This document shows positions 63,693-64,000 of a DNA stretch of 64,000 bases, one piece after another; position 1 is the stretch's first letter; every line of letters starts with the position of its first letter. The translations under genes and the position numbers were made by a program. The DNA lies in contig JBDWIC010000006.1 of NCBI GenBank assembly GCA_039974935.1, positions 93,434 through 157,433 on the forward strand, read 5' to 3'. The notes below the pieces were generated by a model. It was not told where the DNA came from. It made no database searches and saw only the letters and a program-made list of their open reading frames with translations. Origin of the DNA: Lentilitoribacter sp. (GTDB lineage: Bacteria; Pseudomonadota; Alphaproteobacteria; Rhizobiales; Rhizobiaceae).

Positions 63693-64000
63693 ATGTCTAA
63701 AGTTGAGCAAGGTTCAGGAAAAGCAAGTCCAGCTAAGAAAAATAAGGTTGATACAGACAATCTTGATCTTGGTGGTGAAACACCAATTGAACGCATGGAT
63801 ATTGTGCTCCCTGGCCAAGACGAAGTTGGCGCTGGTGCCGGGCATATTAACCAACAGCCGCTTCAAGGTGGCGTAGACGCTCAAGCATCTCCACAATCAC
63901 ATATTGATGCTCCCGCAGAACAAAACTCGCTATCTACAACTGCCGGTGATCTGACTACTCCTGACACAAAAACTCCTGCATCTAATAACAGCGCCAATCA
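63693..64000 (+). CDS. Open-ended ORF (first 102 codons); low-complexity acidic/Pro/Thr/Gln-rich N-terminus; candidate large secreted protein
   Basis: ATG at 63693 lies 5 nt after AGGAG. The hand-checked frame has no stop to the window end: MSKVEQGSGKASPAKKNKVDTDNLDLGGETPIERMDIVLPGQDEVGAGAGHINQQPLQGG... It is divergent from the T1SS operon. It is absent from the ORF track because it has no stop. Confidence 0.5.
   Translation, partial: MSKVEQGSGKASPAKKNKVDTDNLDLGGETPIERMDIVLPGQDEVGAGAGHINQQPLQGGVDAQASPQSHIDAPAEQNSLSTTAGDLTTPDTKTPASNNSAN

Noticed and set aside
63762-63776. LDLGG in the open-ended ORF as a possible double-glycine leader cleavage site for the C39-like domain
   Set aside because: The hydrophobic positions of the GG-leader consensus (-4, -7, -12) are occupied by Asp/Asn/Thr. 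The ABC N-domain lacks the catalytic His and Asp, so proteolytic processing is unlikely.

Overview
Chromosomal segment, apparently from a moderately low-GC alphaproteobacterium. The taxonomic call is an inference from gene order: hisS-hisZ-hisG, groESL with a perfect CIRCE, HAD-ribF...ileS, and DUF4170-DUF374-waaA-lpxK-DUF2093-mutL. About 60 genes are tightly packed, and I saw no IS elements, integrases, CRISPR arrays, rRNA or tRNA genes. From 1 to about 46 kb the content is mostly housekeeping: glycolate oxidase glcDEF with a divergent LysR regulator, two L,D-transpeptidases, tag, histidine genes, groESL, three SDRs, ileS, tadA/rluB/rsmD, patatin, MATE, a Kef-type antiporter, pmbA, LPS core genes, mutL, glycerate kinase, a GGDEF-EAL protein, selO, and xylAB with a ROK regulator. 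From about 46 to 64 kb the content looks accessory and holds the unusual items. (1) An 865-aa ammonium transporter (Amt) fused to HAMP and methyl-accepting chemotaxis signalling domains. (2) A TRAP transporter beside a urease cluster (ureA-ureB-ureC...ureE-ureF-ureG) that has no ureD and carries three translationally embedded non-urease ORFs. (3) A type I secretion-like operon (HlyD adaptor plus two ABC half-transporters) whose nucleotide-binding motifs, read by eye, leave no canonical catalytic ATP site. It lies divergent from an open-ended ORF that may be its cargo. All calls come from reading the ORF translations and the DNA; no database search was run.
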